DNA of 38,185 bases, taken from the IMG/VR virus record IMGVR_UViG_2671181094_000002; one strand, written 5' to 3'. This document shows, piece after piece, positions 1 to 8,536 of the stretch. Position 1 is the first letter of the stretch; each line of letters opens with the position of its first letter. Both the position numbers and the translations under genes were made by a program. The stretch comes from a virus. Lineage: Duplodnaviria > Heunggongvirae > Uroviricota > Caudoviricetes. Below the pieces are notes generated by a model. It had not been told where the DNA came from. It made no database searches and saw nothing but the letters and a program-made list of their open reading frames with translations.

Positions 1-599
1 GACCCCACGCGCATTTCACCGTACAGAACCGGCAGAACATTGCCCTGGGCAACCATGTTATCCAGTGAGGAGAAATAGGTGTTCTGTTTGCCGTTATCCG
101 TTGTCTGTGTACGGGGAGTTCTGGCTTTCGGTGCCAGCATCTGCGCCACACCACCGAGCACCATACTGGCACCGAGAGAAAACAGGATGCCGGTCATACC
201 ACCGGCCCCAATGGCTGCCCCCCATGCTGCAAGGGTGGCCCCGGCGGTAAAGAATGATCCGGCAATGGCGGCAGCCCCCAGGACAATCTGGAATACGCCA
301 CCTGACTTGGCCCCGGCGACTCTGGGAACAATATGAATCACAGCGCCATCAGGCAGAGTCTCATGTAACTGCGCCGTTAATCCGGACGTGCTGACATCCT
401 GCCCGGCAATCCGTACCTGATACCAGCCGTCGCTCAGTTTCTGACGAAACGCCGGGAGCTGTGTGGCCAGTGCGCGGATGGCTTCAGCCCCCGTTTTCAC
501 ACGAAGGTCGATGCGGCGGCCAAATCGTTGTAAATCCCCGTAAAGGCAGATGCGCGCCATGCCCGGTGACGCCAGAGGGAGTGTGTGCGTCGCTGCCAT
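1..599 (-). CDS. I: Tail tip assembly protein I (gene start at 599; 3' end lies beyond window start)
   Basis: Minus-strand translation from ATG at 597-599 reads MAATHTLPLASPGMARICLYGDLQRFGRRIDLRVKTGAEAIRALATQLPAFRQKLSDGWYQVRIAG..., recognised as lambda gpI; overlaps K 3' end by about 100 nt as in lambda. Not in ORF track because no stop inside window. Confidence 0.85.
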   Translation of the reverse strand, partial: MAATHTLPLASPGMARICLYGDLQRFGRRIDLRVKTGAEAIRALATQLPAFRQKLSDGWYQVRIAGQDVSTSGLTAQLHETLPDGAVIHIVPRVAGAKSGGVFQIVLGAAAIAGSFFTAGATLAAWGAAIGAGGMTGILFSLGASMVLGGVAQMLAPKARTPRTQTTDNGKQNTYFSSLDNMVAQGNVLPVLYGEMRVG

Positions 600-1240
600 T
601 TGTCGGTATACCTCTCTCGTTTGCTCAGTTGTTCAGGAATATGGTGCAGCAGCTCGCCATCACCACAGTAAATGGCGGCATGATTCGGCACCGATGAACC
701 AAAACAGCACAGCAGCACATCGCCCGGCTGCGCCTCTGTCAGTGCGACACGGTAAAAACCAGTCGCCTCCATATTGTCAAGATAGAGATTCTGGCCGTTA
801 CGCCACCAGTCATCTCCGCGATGAAAATCCGGCATCTCAATTCCCGCCAGATGGTATGCATCCCGGAACAGCGTGTAACAGTCCGTCACCCCGTGCTCAA
901 AGCGCCGCGCGGTAAGATGTGGCACACAGCGGAACTTGTGAATCGCCCCGCGGCAGACCAGCCACCACGGCAAATCACTCTGCACCTGCAGCCGCCGATC
1001 GGCCTCACTCAGCCAGGGCAGACCACCGGGATGACTGTGGACCAGCGCCACAATCTCACCCTGCATTTCTGCCCGCAGCCAGTCCTCCGGAGCCATCCGG
1101 AAATACGCCTCCGGCTCACCGGAGATATTCACGCAGGGAAAATATCTTTCTCCCTCCGGCGTTCTCACCACGAAGCCGCACGACTCCGCTGGCGCACATC
1201 GCCGGGCGTGCGCCAGAATCGCTGATTCTGTCTCTGTCAT
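497..1240 (-). CDS. K: Tail tip assembly protein K
   Basis: ORF track 247 aa, MTETESAILAHARRCAPAESCGFVV...HSHPGG (JAB/MPN-like motif) and C-terminal NlpC/P60-like Cys/His region; lambda gpK-like; follows L with 5-nt gap. Confidence 0.9.
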   Translation of the reverse strand: MTETESAILAHARRCAPAESCGFVVRTPEGERYFPCVNISGEPEAYFRMAPEDWLRAEMQGEIVALVHSHPGGLPWLSEADRRLQVQSDLPWWLVCRGAIHKFRCVPHLTARRFEHGVTDCYTLFRDAYHLAGIEMPDFHRGDDWWRNGQNLYLDNMEATGFYRVALTEAQPGDVLLCCFGSSVPNHAAIYCGDGELLHHIPEQLSKRERYTDKWQRRTHSLWRHRAWRASAFTGIYNDLAAASTFV

Positions 1241-1245
1241 GGGAT

Positions 1246-1944
1246 TTACTGCGAAAGTTTGTTAATGGAAAGGTAACCGCCAAAGTTGCCGACGTTATTG
1301 CGAAACTTACAGCCGCTCAGGCATTTGCTGCATTTATCTTTCGTGATATCGGACGTCGGCTGGTCATATTCATCCGCGACAGCCGGACCGTTATAACCGC
1401 ACTCATCACCGCGATAGGTCCATGTGCAGGTGTTGGCCAGCATGATACGCCCCGGAAAAACAGCGCCATCCGTTTCCGTCGGCGTGGACAGTACAAAGGA
1501 GGCACTCACCGCGCTCAGTTCGCTGCACTGCTCGATGCGCCAGCGGCTGATCACCTCCTGCTCCGGATCGGCGTCACTGTTTCCGTTGACGAAGTTCACC
1601 GCATCCAGAAAACGGGCGTAAACCTTACGCCGGACCACCGTTCCGCCGACCAGACTCTGCAGATCTTCCGCCATACCGGTGACCATACCGTGCAGGTTAG
1701 AAACCGTCAGTGTCGGACGGGCAGCACTGCCCTTGCCGTTCAGTTCAAATCCTGTCCCCTGAATGGGGTATGCCTGATACTGCCGCCCCTGCCAGGTAAC
1801 CGGCTCACCTTTTTCGTTCTGCTCATTACAGAAAAAATAACGTTCACCACCGACCTCTGTCAGATCGATTTCCCAGAGCACCACCTGGGCTGACTGAGTG
1901 AGGCGTGTCGTCTCATGATGTGTTTCCTGTGGAATATCCTGCAT
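1246..1944 (-). CDS. L: Tail tip assembly protein L
   Basis: 232-aa ORF with C-terminal Cys cluster (CSKCLSGCKF), lambda gpL-like, synteny M-L-K-I. Confidence 0.9.
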   Translation of the reverse strand: MQDIPQETHHETTRLTQSAQVVLWEIDLTEVGGERYFFCNEQNEKGEPVTWQGRQYQAYPIQGTGFELNGKGSAARPTLTVSNLHGMVTGMAEDLQSLVGGTVVRRKVYARFLDAVNFVNGNSDADPEQEVISRWRIEQCSELSAVSASFVLSTPTETDGAVFPGRIMLANTCTWTYRGDECGYNGPAVADEYDQPTSDITKDKCSKCLSGCKFRNNVGNFGGYLSINKLSQ

Positions 1945-1953
1945 CAGGGCCTC

Positions 1954-2283
1954 CTATGCCACGACCTGTTCAAAATCTGCCGTTATGGTTACCCACAGCG
2001 CCCCCACGCTTGCCGACCATTTACGACAAACCACCCTGATCGGCTTCCAGTCATAAGGTGGCGTCCACTGAAATGCGCGGACGCCACCGTGCCGTTCCAG
2101 AAAGGCTTTTAAAGATGGGTGTTCACATTTACGAACACGTATCGTCACGCTGTAAGTCGACAACTGGTTATTCAGTCCCGCCGCACGACGCTGTTCATAA
2201 CCATCGCCCAGCTTCACTGTCACCACTTTCGGCTCTGATACCACATTCATATCCGGGCGCACTTTCCAGTGAAACGTCTCCAT
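1954..2283 (-). CDS. M: Tail tip protein M
   Basis: 109-aa ORF METFHWKVRPDMNVVSEPKVV...AFQWTPPYDW, lambda gpM-like; directly downstream of tape measure gene. Confidence 0.9.
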   Translation of the reverse strand: METFHWKVRPDMNVVSEPKVVTVKLGDGYEQRRAAGLNNQLSTYSVTIRVRKCEHPSLKAFLERHGGVRAFQWTPPYDWKPIRVVCRKWSASVGALWVTITADFEQVVA

Positions 2284-5200
2284 TACCGATATGCTCCACT
2301 TAACCGACCACCATCACGGGCCTGCTGTTGCATAAAGTCCGCTGCCGCTTTTTTCCCGAGGTCATAAACCACCTTCAGGGCAGCCGGACCTATCTGCCCG
2401 TTCGTGCCATCGTTATTGATCTCGATGTTGTACTGCGGGGCAAACATCGCCATACCTGAACCACCAATATCCGCCACAACCCCCAGCTTACCGTCAGCAC
2501 CACGACGCAGTGGCAGAATGGCTTCAGGTCCAGCTTCCCCCATCACACCCGCGCCTTTTGCAAAAGCAAAAAACGTCGGACGGTTAACCACCGTGCCACT
2601 GTAACGACTCAAATCAGCAGACTGATAAATCCCCCCATTGGCATTCAGGGAAAGGCTGCTGAGATCAAATCCCAGTACACTGCCAATCCCTTTTATCGAT
2701 TTCATCATGGTTGCCTGCGCCAGGATTTTCGCCATATCTGACAGCACCGAAGAGGTGAAGGATTTGAAGTTGAGTTTGCCGGTAATGACAAAAGTTGCCA
2801 GGCCATTTCCCATGTTGCTGAAGGCTGACGAGAACACCTGTTCTGCTGTTCCTGCCGTATTATCTGCATCCACGGTAAAATCCTGAAATGAACGCAGGAC
2901 TCCGTTTTTCCAGTTACCCTGCACAACTTCAAGCTGTTGCCAGTAACGGCGATTCTCATTCAGTTGTCGGTTCAGGCTCTCCGTCAGCGCCTGCTCGGCC
3001 TTTCTGTAGTCATCCGTGTTATATGTCCCTTTCTGCTCACTATCCCGCCTCAACTGCTCCAGCTGTTGCTGGTATTTCTGGCGAAGACTCAGTTGTACCT
3101 GATATCGCTGCCGCTGCTGATCACCCATACCCACCGTGGCGATATCCAGGTCATGTTGCTGACGCTGAGCGCGCTCTTCTTCAGCCAGTTGACTGGTCAG
3201 CTGAATTGTTTTTTTCTTCAGATCGTTGAGTGCCGTCTGTTTCTGAAGCTCCTGCTGTTTTACATCCAGCAGCGTCAGTGCCTGAATCAGTTCATCTTTA
3301 CGGGCCAGCACACTCTTTTCATCTGCCGTCAGTTTTTTCCCGTCCAGATCGCTGATGCGCTGCTGCAGAGCCAGAAGCTGTTTATGCGCTTCTGTCATCC
3401 TGTCAGTGGCAATGCCTGCTGACTGTCTTGCAGCAGCAATCTGTCCTTCCACCTGTGCCTGTTGCTGACTGTACTGCAGCAATAACCGGGTGGCCTCGTC
3501 ATTACGGATTTCGCGTGTTTTTTTCTTACCGGATGCCAGGGCTTTCTCGTAACGTTCATTTTCACGTTGTATCGCCGCATCCCTGACAGTCTGATCGGCG
3601 TACTGCATGGCATTAATACGCGCAATTTCACGCTGATGTCGTGCAGCTTCCGTTTCATTCATCCGGTTCAGTGCAGCATTTTCAGCATTACGGCGTTTCT
3701 GTTGCTCCTGATAATTCCGCTCTGCCTGCTCTTTTGCATCCTGCAAATCCTTCTGGCGTTTTTTCTCCTGAAGATCGTTAAGACGCTGCTGATCGTATTC
3801 AACCTGAGAAGATGATGCCGTCCAGGGGAGTCTTTTCGCCCGCGACACTTTCTCCTGCAAAGAGGCAATCTGCGCATCCAGCGAATCTTCACGACCAATA
3901 TTCATGGCCGCATCCCAGAACTGCTTCCACCAGTCAGACAAGGTTTGCAGCGTACTACCCAGCGCATTGAGGTTATTATCAATATCCGCAGTACGCCGAC
4001 CGGTTTCCTCTGCCAGTGCAGACATGGCTATCCGTGCCGCATCACTGGACCGCCCCTGCTCTCCAAGGACGCGTATCTGCTCAAGCTGAGTGGCAGTAAG
4101 AAAATGCAGCTCATTGTCCAGAGCCTTCGCGGCATTTACAGGATCATCCTTCAGCCGCTTAAACTGATTTATGGTATCGCTGACCGACTGGCCAACCGAT
4201 CGCTCCATCTGTGCGGCAGCTCTCGCCACCATACCGATATCGTTTCCACGAAATGCACCACTCCCCACCACCTGAGCCAGCGCACCGGCTGCAGCATGTT
4301 GCGTGATACCATTCCCGGAAATAGCACGACTGAGCGTCCACAGCTGCCCGGCAGTGACTCCGGCATAATGCCCCGTCAGCGACAGCTGGCGGTTAAATTC
4401 TTCCCCCTCCTTCTGACCGTCATACCAGGCTTTACCCAGACCATAGACAGCCGCGGCAATACCACCAATAACCCCGCCCAGCATCATGCCTTTCGGTGAC
4501 ATCAGTGTGTCTATCCACCCGGCACGGTTAGCCAGCGTTATTCCGGATCCCCTCAGCGCACCTAAATTTCCGCGGGCCAGTTCACCTATCAGAACGCCTA
4601 TCTCCTGACGGGCCGCTGCACTTTTCAGACCCAGCGAATGCGTGGCTTTTCCTGCCTGCTCCATTTTGCGGATATACACTTCTGCAGCACTGCTTACCCC
4701 CAGCTGGGCAGCCTTAGCACGAAGCAACTCAGAAGAAGAAAGATTCTGGCGGGTTGCCTGCTCTTTAAGCTGACGGATAAACGCCACTTTCTGTCGGGTA
4801 GCCTCTTCCTCAGCCTGTGTAAGAACACGGGTTTTCGCCGTAACCTCAGAAATCAGCGCCAGATAATCCTGCTGACCAATCCCGCCACTGTTTCTGGCCT
4901 GTCGGATCTGCTGCTGAATACGCTGTAATTCCTGCAGACCCGCACTGGCCTGTTTCACACTGTCAATCTGACGATAAAACGCAGCAGCCGCTTTATCCTG
5001 AGCCTCCGCCAGAGCCATGGCCTGCGCCTGTTCCTCGCGCATTTTCTGGCTCAGCGCCTCCATGCGCTGGCGGGTTTTCTCCACCTCGCGGGCCATGCGT
5101 TCATGAGCCTGTGCGTTCTTCTCCACCGTCTGCGCATGGACGGATGCGGCTGTTGCAGCCGAAGACGCCGCCTGCGTTGTCTGCCGGGCGGCCTGAGTCT

Positions 5201-5348
5201 GACGCTCCATAAAACGCTGCATACGGGCAGAAGACCGTTCTGCATCGCTGGCTGCACCATTCAGAAGGTTTTTGATACGGGGGATTTCATTTTTAAACTC
5301 TGCCGCATCAATCCCCAAATCAATGACCAGGTTGGCTATCTGGTCCAT
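2283..5348 (-). CDS. H: Tail tape measure protein H
   Basis: Long coiled-coil-rich ORF (track 2283..5378); probable start MDQIANLVIDLGIDAAEF at 5348 preceded by GGAGG; C-terminus NNDGTNGQIGPAALKVVYD resembles lambda gpH C-terminus. Confidence 0.9.
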   Translation of the reverse strand: MDQIANLVIDLGIDAAEFKNEIPRIKNLLNGAASDAERSSARMQRFMERQTQAARQTTQAASSAATAASVHAQTVEKNAQAHERMAREVEKTRQRMEALSQKMREEQAQAMALAEAQDKAAAAFYRQIDSVKQASAGLQELQRIQQQIRQARNSGGIGQQDYLALISEVTAKTRVLTQAEEEATRQKVAFIRQLKEQATRQNLSSSELLRAKAAQLGVSSAAEVYIRKMEQAGKATHSLGLKSAAARQEIGVLIGELARGNLGALRGSGITLANRAGWIDTLMSPKGMMLGGVIGGIAAAVYGLGKAWYDGQKEGEEFNRQLSLTGHYAGVTAGQLWTLSRAISGNGITQHAAAGALAQVVGSGAFRGNDIGMVARAAAQMERSVGQSVSDTINQFKRLKDDPVNAAKALDNELHFLTATQLEQIRVLGEQGRSSDAARIAMSALAEETGRRTADIDNNLNALGSTLQTLSDWWKQFWDAAMNIGREDSLDAQIASLQEKVSRAKRLPWTASSSQVEYDQQRLNDLQEKKRQKDLQDAKEQAERNYQEQQKRRNAENAALNRMNETEAARHQREIARINAMQYADQTVRDAAIQRENERYEKALASGKKKTREIRNDEATRLLLQYSQQQAQVEGQIAAARQSAGIATDRMTEAHKQLLALQQRISDLDGKKLTADEKSVLARKDELIQALTLLDVKQQELQKQTALNDLKKKTIQLTSQLAEEERAQRQQHDLDIATVGMGDQQRQRYQVQLSLRQKYQQQLEQLRRDSEQKGTYNTDDYRKAEQALTESLNRQLNENRRYWQQLEVVQGNWKNGVLRSFQDFTVDADNTAGTAEQVFSSAFSNMGNGLATFVITGKLNFKSFTSSVLSDMAKILAQATMMKSIKGIGSVLGFDLSSLSLNANGGIYQSADLSRYSGTVVNRPTFFAFAKGAGVMGEAGPEAILPLRRGADGKLGVVADIGGSGMAMFAPQYNIEINNDGTNGQIGPAALKVVYDLGKKAAADFMQQQARDGGRLSGAYR

Positions 5349-5649
5349 AACGCACACCTCCGGAAATACCTTCCCCAAGATGCATCAGTTCTTCGTCCGT
5401 TCGCTCCGGTATCCCGTTCTCTTCCGGTAAAAGGCTGAAATCAGCCACCGCAGCATCACTGCTGCCGGACACCATTCTCACGATCAATGCCTTCAGCGAG
5501 GCAAACTGCGCATCCATCCACACATCACTGAAGCTCTGCATCCGGAAATAATCGCCCCACTCACCAAGCTCAGTGGCCGACATTTCCGACAGCATCCGCC
5601 GCCAGTCTGCCCGCCGGAACTCCCGGGCAAGCCGCATGACAAACTGCAT
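5320..5649 (-). CDS. T: Tail assembly chaperone T segment (expected to be made as G-T fusion by -1 frameshift)
   Basis: ORF in -1 frame relative to G; MRLAREFRRADWRRMLSEMSATELGEWGDYF resembles lambda gpT; -1 frame is open from the G 3' end (about 5665) into this ORF. Confidence 0.8.
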   Translation of the reverse strand: MQFVMRLAREFRRADWRRMLSEMSATELGEWGDYFRMQSFSDVWMDAQFASLKALIVRMVSGSSDAAVADFSLLPEENGIPERTDEELMHLGEGISGGVRYGPDSQPGH

Positions 5650-5657
5650 TTCCCGCG

Positions 5658-6047
5658 TCAGGACTTTTCCGGCGTCAGCACCTCATGCTCCAAATCCCCG
5701 GCATTCTCAATGGCTCCCATACCGCTCAGCGACAGAACCATCTCCGCCCCCGCACCCAGGGCATCATACGACCATGTTGTAATTACGGATGCGCAAAGCG
5801 TCTCAACATCCTGAGACTGTTCCGCATTCCACAGTGAGCGGGAAACCAGCCAGGCATTGATATCCATCCCCATCCGCAGAAAAGCAATCTGTCGTTCAGC
5901 CTCCGGCAGTTCTCCCTCTTCGGCATCAAACTTTGCCGTTCGCTGCTGAACAAACGCCAGATATTCAATTCTCTGCAGCCCGGACAGCTCACTGAGCACC
6001 ACGGACTGCTTTTCATAATTAAACGTGCCCTGTTTCAGAAACATCAT
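5658..6047 (-). CDS. G: Tail assembly chaperone G
   Basis: ORF track 5658..6086; probable start at internal Met (MFLKQGTF..., lambda G starts MFLK) at 6044-6047 with GGTGGAG upstream; SELSGLQRIEYLA motif like lambda gpG. Confidence 0.8.
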   Translation of the reverse strand: MMFLKQGTFNYEKQSVVLSELSGLQRIEYLAFVQQRTAKFDAEEGELPEAERQIAFLRMGMDINAWLVSRSLWNAEQSQDVETLCASVITTWSYDALGAGAEMVLSLSGMGAIENAGDLEHEVLTPEKS

Positions 6048-6104
6048 GTTCTCCACCTGCAAAAAAGCCCCGGATAACCGGGGCAAATGATGAGTATCGT
6101 CCTG

Positions 6105-6848
6105 TTAACCTGCGGCGCTGACAGTCACCGTAGCCACTGCCACAAAATCGCCGTCAGAAGTCATGCCCACAATGCTGACACTGCCCTGCTTCACGCCTTT
6201 CACCGTGGCCACAAGCCCGTTCAGGGTCACCGTGGCAGTCTGTGGATCTGTCGAATGCACACTGATCGCTTTGTCACTGGCTCCGTCAGGTTTTACTGTA
6301 AAGGTCAGCGTGGTGGTTGCTCCCACTTTTACACTGGCAGATGCCGGTGCCACCGTCAGCCCGGTAACGCTCACTGTTTCAGTGCCTTCCTCTGCCAGAT
6401 ACGGACGCCCCACACCGCTGATTTTCACAGTGCGGGTCATCACGTCTTTTGAGGCAATGGTTTTACCCAGTGAACTCAGCCAGCCACGGAAAACATCAAC
6501 AGTACCGTTGGGATATTTGATACGAAACGCGCAGACTTCACCGGAGTCGAACAACTGAACCAGTTTTTTCTGCCCGCTGTCACCCGGACGCCAGGCCAGC
6601 GTCGCCGAAGTATCACCGACTGATTTCTGCCCCTGGGTTGTCGTTTTCCAGTCTGCATCTTCATCATCGAGATAAGTGTCATCTTCTGCATCAGCGGTCA
6701 TTTCGCCAGGTTGCAGATCCTTCACCATCGCAAGACGCAGCCAGTCAGTGTCCGACAAAGGATTCGCAAACGCATCGCCGTTGCCGGTATACATCCAGAA
6801 CGTCGTCCCCGCACCTTTCGTCTTTGCCAGTGGATTTGGTGTGGTCAT
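6105..6848 (-). CDS. V: Major tail protein V with C-terminal Ig-like (Big_2-type) domain
   Basis: Start at internal Met MTTPNPLAKTKGAGTTFWMY (ATG 6846-6848, AAGGAGGTGG upstream); NGTVDVFRGW and C-terminal Ig-like repeat as in lambda gpV; 247 aa. Confidence 0.9.
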   Translation of the reverse strand: MTTPNPLAKTKGAGTTFWMYTGNGDAFANPLSDTDWLRLAMVKDLQPGEMTADAEDDTYLDDEDADWKTTTQGQKSVGDTSATLAWRPGDSGQKKLVQLFDSGEVCAFRIKYPNGTVDVFRGWLSSLGKTIASKDVMTRTVKISGVGRPYLAEEGTETVSVTGLTVAPASASVKVGATTTLTFTVKPDGASDKAISVHSTDPQTATVTLNGLVATVKGVKQGSVSIVGMTSDGDFVAVATVTVSAAG

Positions 6849-6858
6849 TACCACCTCC

Positions 6859-7272
6859 TTAATTCGTGTACGTGATCTGGTACGTGATTTCCGCCATCGC
6901 CCAGGTGGCCATCTCATTATCACGTTGATAGTTAAAACCGAGTGGGATAAGGGTGTCGATGAGTCCGGAAAGTGCCGGTATATCATTCAGGGCAGGAAAA
7001 ATGGTGCTCTCCATCCACATATCCAGCTCTGAATCCGGTGCCTGTGCCCGGATGAAGACGGCAATATGCAGAACAGCCTGCCAGTCATCTTCATCCGTCA
7101 TTTTTCCGGTGTACTGAGCATCACTCAGCCACACCGCCACGGCAGGCAGTTCCTGCGCATCAATAAATGCCGGAAGCCCGTCAAAAAACGTGGCGCTGTC
7201 TCCACACTGTTCCCGAAGGCGTGCCAGTACGACCTGGCGGATTTGTGTATGTCGGTTCATCGGGTCAGCCAT
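6859..7272 (-). CDS. U: Tail terminator protein U
   Basis: 137-aa ORF; ATFFDGLPA...ELPAVAVWLSDAQYTG...ALSGLIDT motifs resemble lambda gpU. Confidence 0.85.
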   Translation of the reverse strand: MADPMNRHTQIRQVVLARLREQCGDSATFFDGLPAFIDAQELPAVAVWLSDAQYTGKMTDEDDWQAVLHIAVFIRAQAPDSELDMWMESTIFPALNDIPALSGLIDTLIPLGFNYQRDNEMATWAMAEITYQITYTN

Positions 7273-7847
7273 AATCTCAGTTGTTGTTTCAGTGCATACC
7301 CCAGCTGTTTCGGCATTTCCGCAGCAATGATGCGGTCGCGGGCATCTTCAAATGCCTGTGTCAGCGGTCCGGACAGCGGGATTTTCACTACCTCCACAGG
7401 AAGACGATTTTTTCTTGGCCTGCCCTGATGGTCATGCCCTGTTGCAAAACGCGCTTCAGGAAGACGCCTCAGAACATGCCAGCGGCCATTCGCCAGTTGC
7501 TGAACAAATGCCCCCCGGAAAAAGTATTTTCCCACTCTCAGTCCTTCACCAGCACGCCGCCGTGTTGTGTTCAGTTTGATGGCGGGCAGATTGCCCCGGT
7601 TAACGCGGATCCTGGCCGTCATTTTTCCTGACGGACTGGCTTTAAACACCCGGACACGCTGACGTACCAGTTTCAGGGGGATCCCTTTCACCTGGTTATC
7701 TCCCGCAACGGTATTCCCGGCAACCTGCCGGGTGGCAACCGAGACCGCTTTCTGTGCCACACGGTTTATCGCCCATGCGCTGGCCTGTGGCACCATACGG
7801 GTATCAAGGCTGTTCAGATTGCGGATGGCATTCTCAAGCCCCTTCAT
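7257..7847 (-). CDS. Z: Tail completion protein Z
   Basis: 196-aa ORF MKGLENAIRNLN...NGRWHVLRRL...VEVVKIPLSGPLTQAF...LGYALKQQLRLWL; colinear with lambda gpZ. Confidence 0.85.
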   Translation of the reverse strand: MKGLENAIRNLNSLDTRMVPQASAWAINRVAQKAVSVATRQVAGNTVAGDNQVKGIPLKLVRQRVRVFKASPSGKMTARIRVNRGNLPAIKLNTTRRRAGEGLRVGKYFFRGAFVQQLANGRWHVLRRLPEARFATGHDHQGRPRKNRLPVEVVKIPLSGPLTQAFEDARDRIIAAEMPKQLGYALKQQLRLWLTR

Positions 7848-7858
7848 CCCACACCTCT

Positions 7859-8134
7859 TTACTCAATAAAGATCATTGGCTTACCGTTAAAGCGTTCATG
7901 CCGTGTGACCGTCCATTGTTGTCCGTCATAAACAACGCGATCCCCGCGCCGTGGGCGGTATCCCGAAGAAAACACCACCAGAGAGACCGCAGGTCCGGAC
8001 AGAGCATTCAGCTCTGCCAGTGTTTCTCCCGGGATCACAGTCATATCGACATCATTAATCGAGGCTGTCTTTCCCATCTTTCTGACCGTGATCGCATCCA
8101 TACGCGCTGCCAGCCGGGAAAAGGGATCAGACAT
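7859..8134 (-). CDS. Head-tail joining protein (FII-like, putative)
   Basis: 91-aa ORF between head genes and Z; RRGDRVVYDGQQWTV resembles FII-type head-tail adaptors; assignment by position and weak motif only. Confidence 0.5.
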   Translation of the reverse strand: MSDPFSRLAARMDAITVRKMGKTASINDVDMTVIPGETLAELNALSGPAVSLVVFSSGYRPRRGDRVVYDGQQWTVTRHERFNGKPMIFIE

Positions 8135-8450
8135 TGAGTTTTACCGGCACTTCTTCTGCACTGGTTCCGGCATCTGCCCAGACAACCCCGACCAGCGGAT
8201 CAGAGCCGCTGTTAGTCAGCTGAACTTTTCCGGACTTCAGATAAACCTTCTTACCCGTTTTCATATCATCCGTTTTCAGCTTAGGCAGCATAAACACACC
8301 TTCGGTCATGCCGTCGCCTGTTTCACCCTGTGGAATATCGGTCAGCGCCACCGCAAAAACATCACCCACCTGCACCAGATCTCCGCTGCTGATGGCTGCA
8401 CTGGCAACAATCGCCACCGTTTTTCCTTCTTCTACAAAATTCTTTGCCAT
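8127..8450 (-). CDS. Small head-associated protein (decoration or head-completion protein, unassigned)
   Basis: ORF track 8127..8495; likely start MAKNFVEEGK at 8448-8450 with GGAGA upstream; sits between capsid and FII-like gene. Confidence 0.4.
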   Translation of the reverse strand: MAKNFVEEGKTVAIVASAAISSGDLVQVGDVFAVALTDIPQGETGDGMTEGVFMLPKLKTDDMKTGKKVYLKSGKVQLTNSGSDPLVGVVWADAGTSAEEVPVKLNV

Positions 8451-8536
8451 AACTGTCTCCGCACAGCCCCGTTCAGGGGCTGATTTCAGGTACAAAAAAA
8501 GCCCTTACGGGCCATCAGAGTTGTTGTCTGCGACGT

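Noticed and set aside
919-1893. 324-aa plus-strand ORF
   Set aside because: Lies entirely antisense to the well-supported K and L genes, has Pro/Arg/Ala-rich low-complexity composition typical of antisense frames in GC-rich coding DNA.
2937-4499. Several 100-180-aa plus-strand ORFs (2937..3422, 3945..4499 and others)
   Set aside because: All antisense to the tape measure gene; leucine/serine-rich mirror-frame artefacts of a coiled-coil coding sequence.
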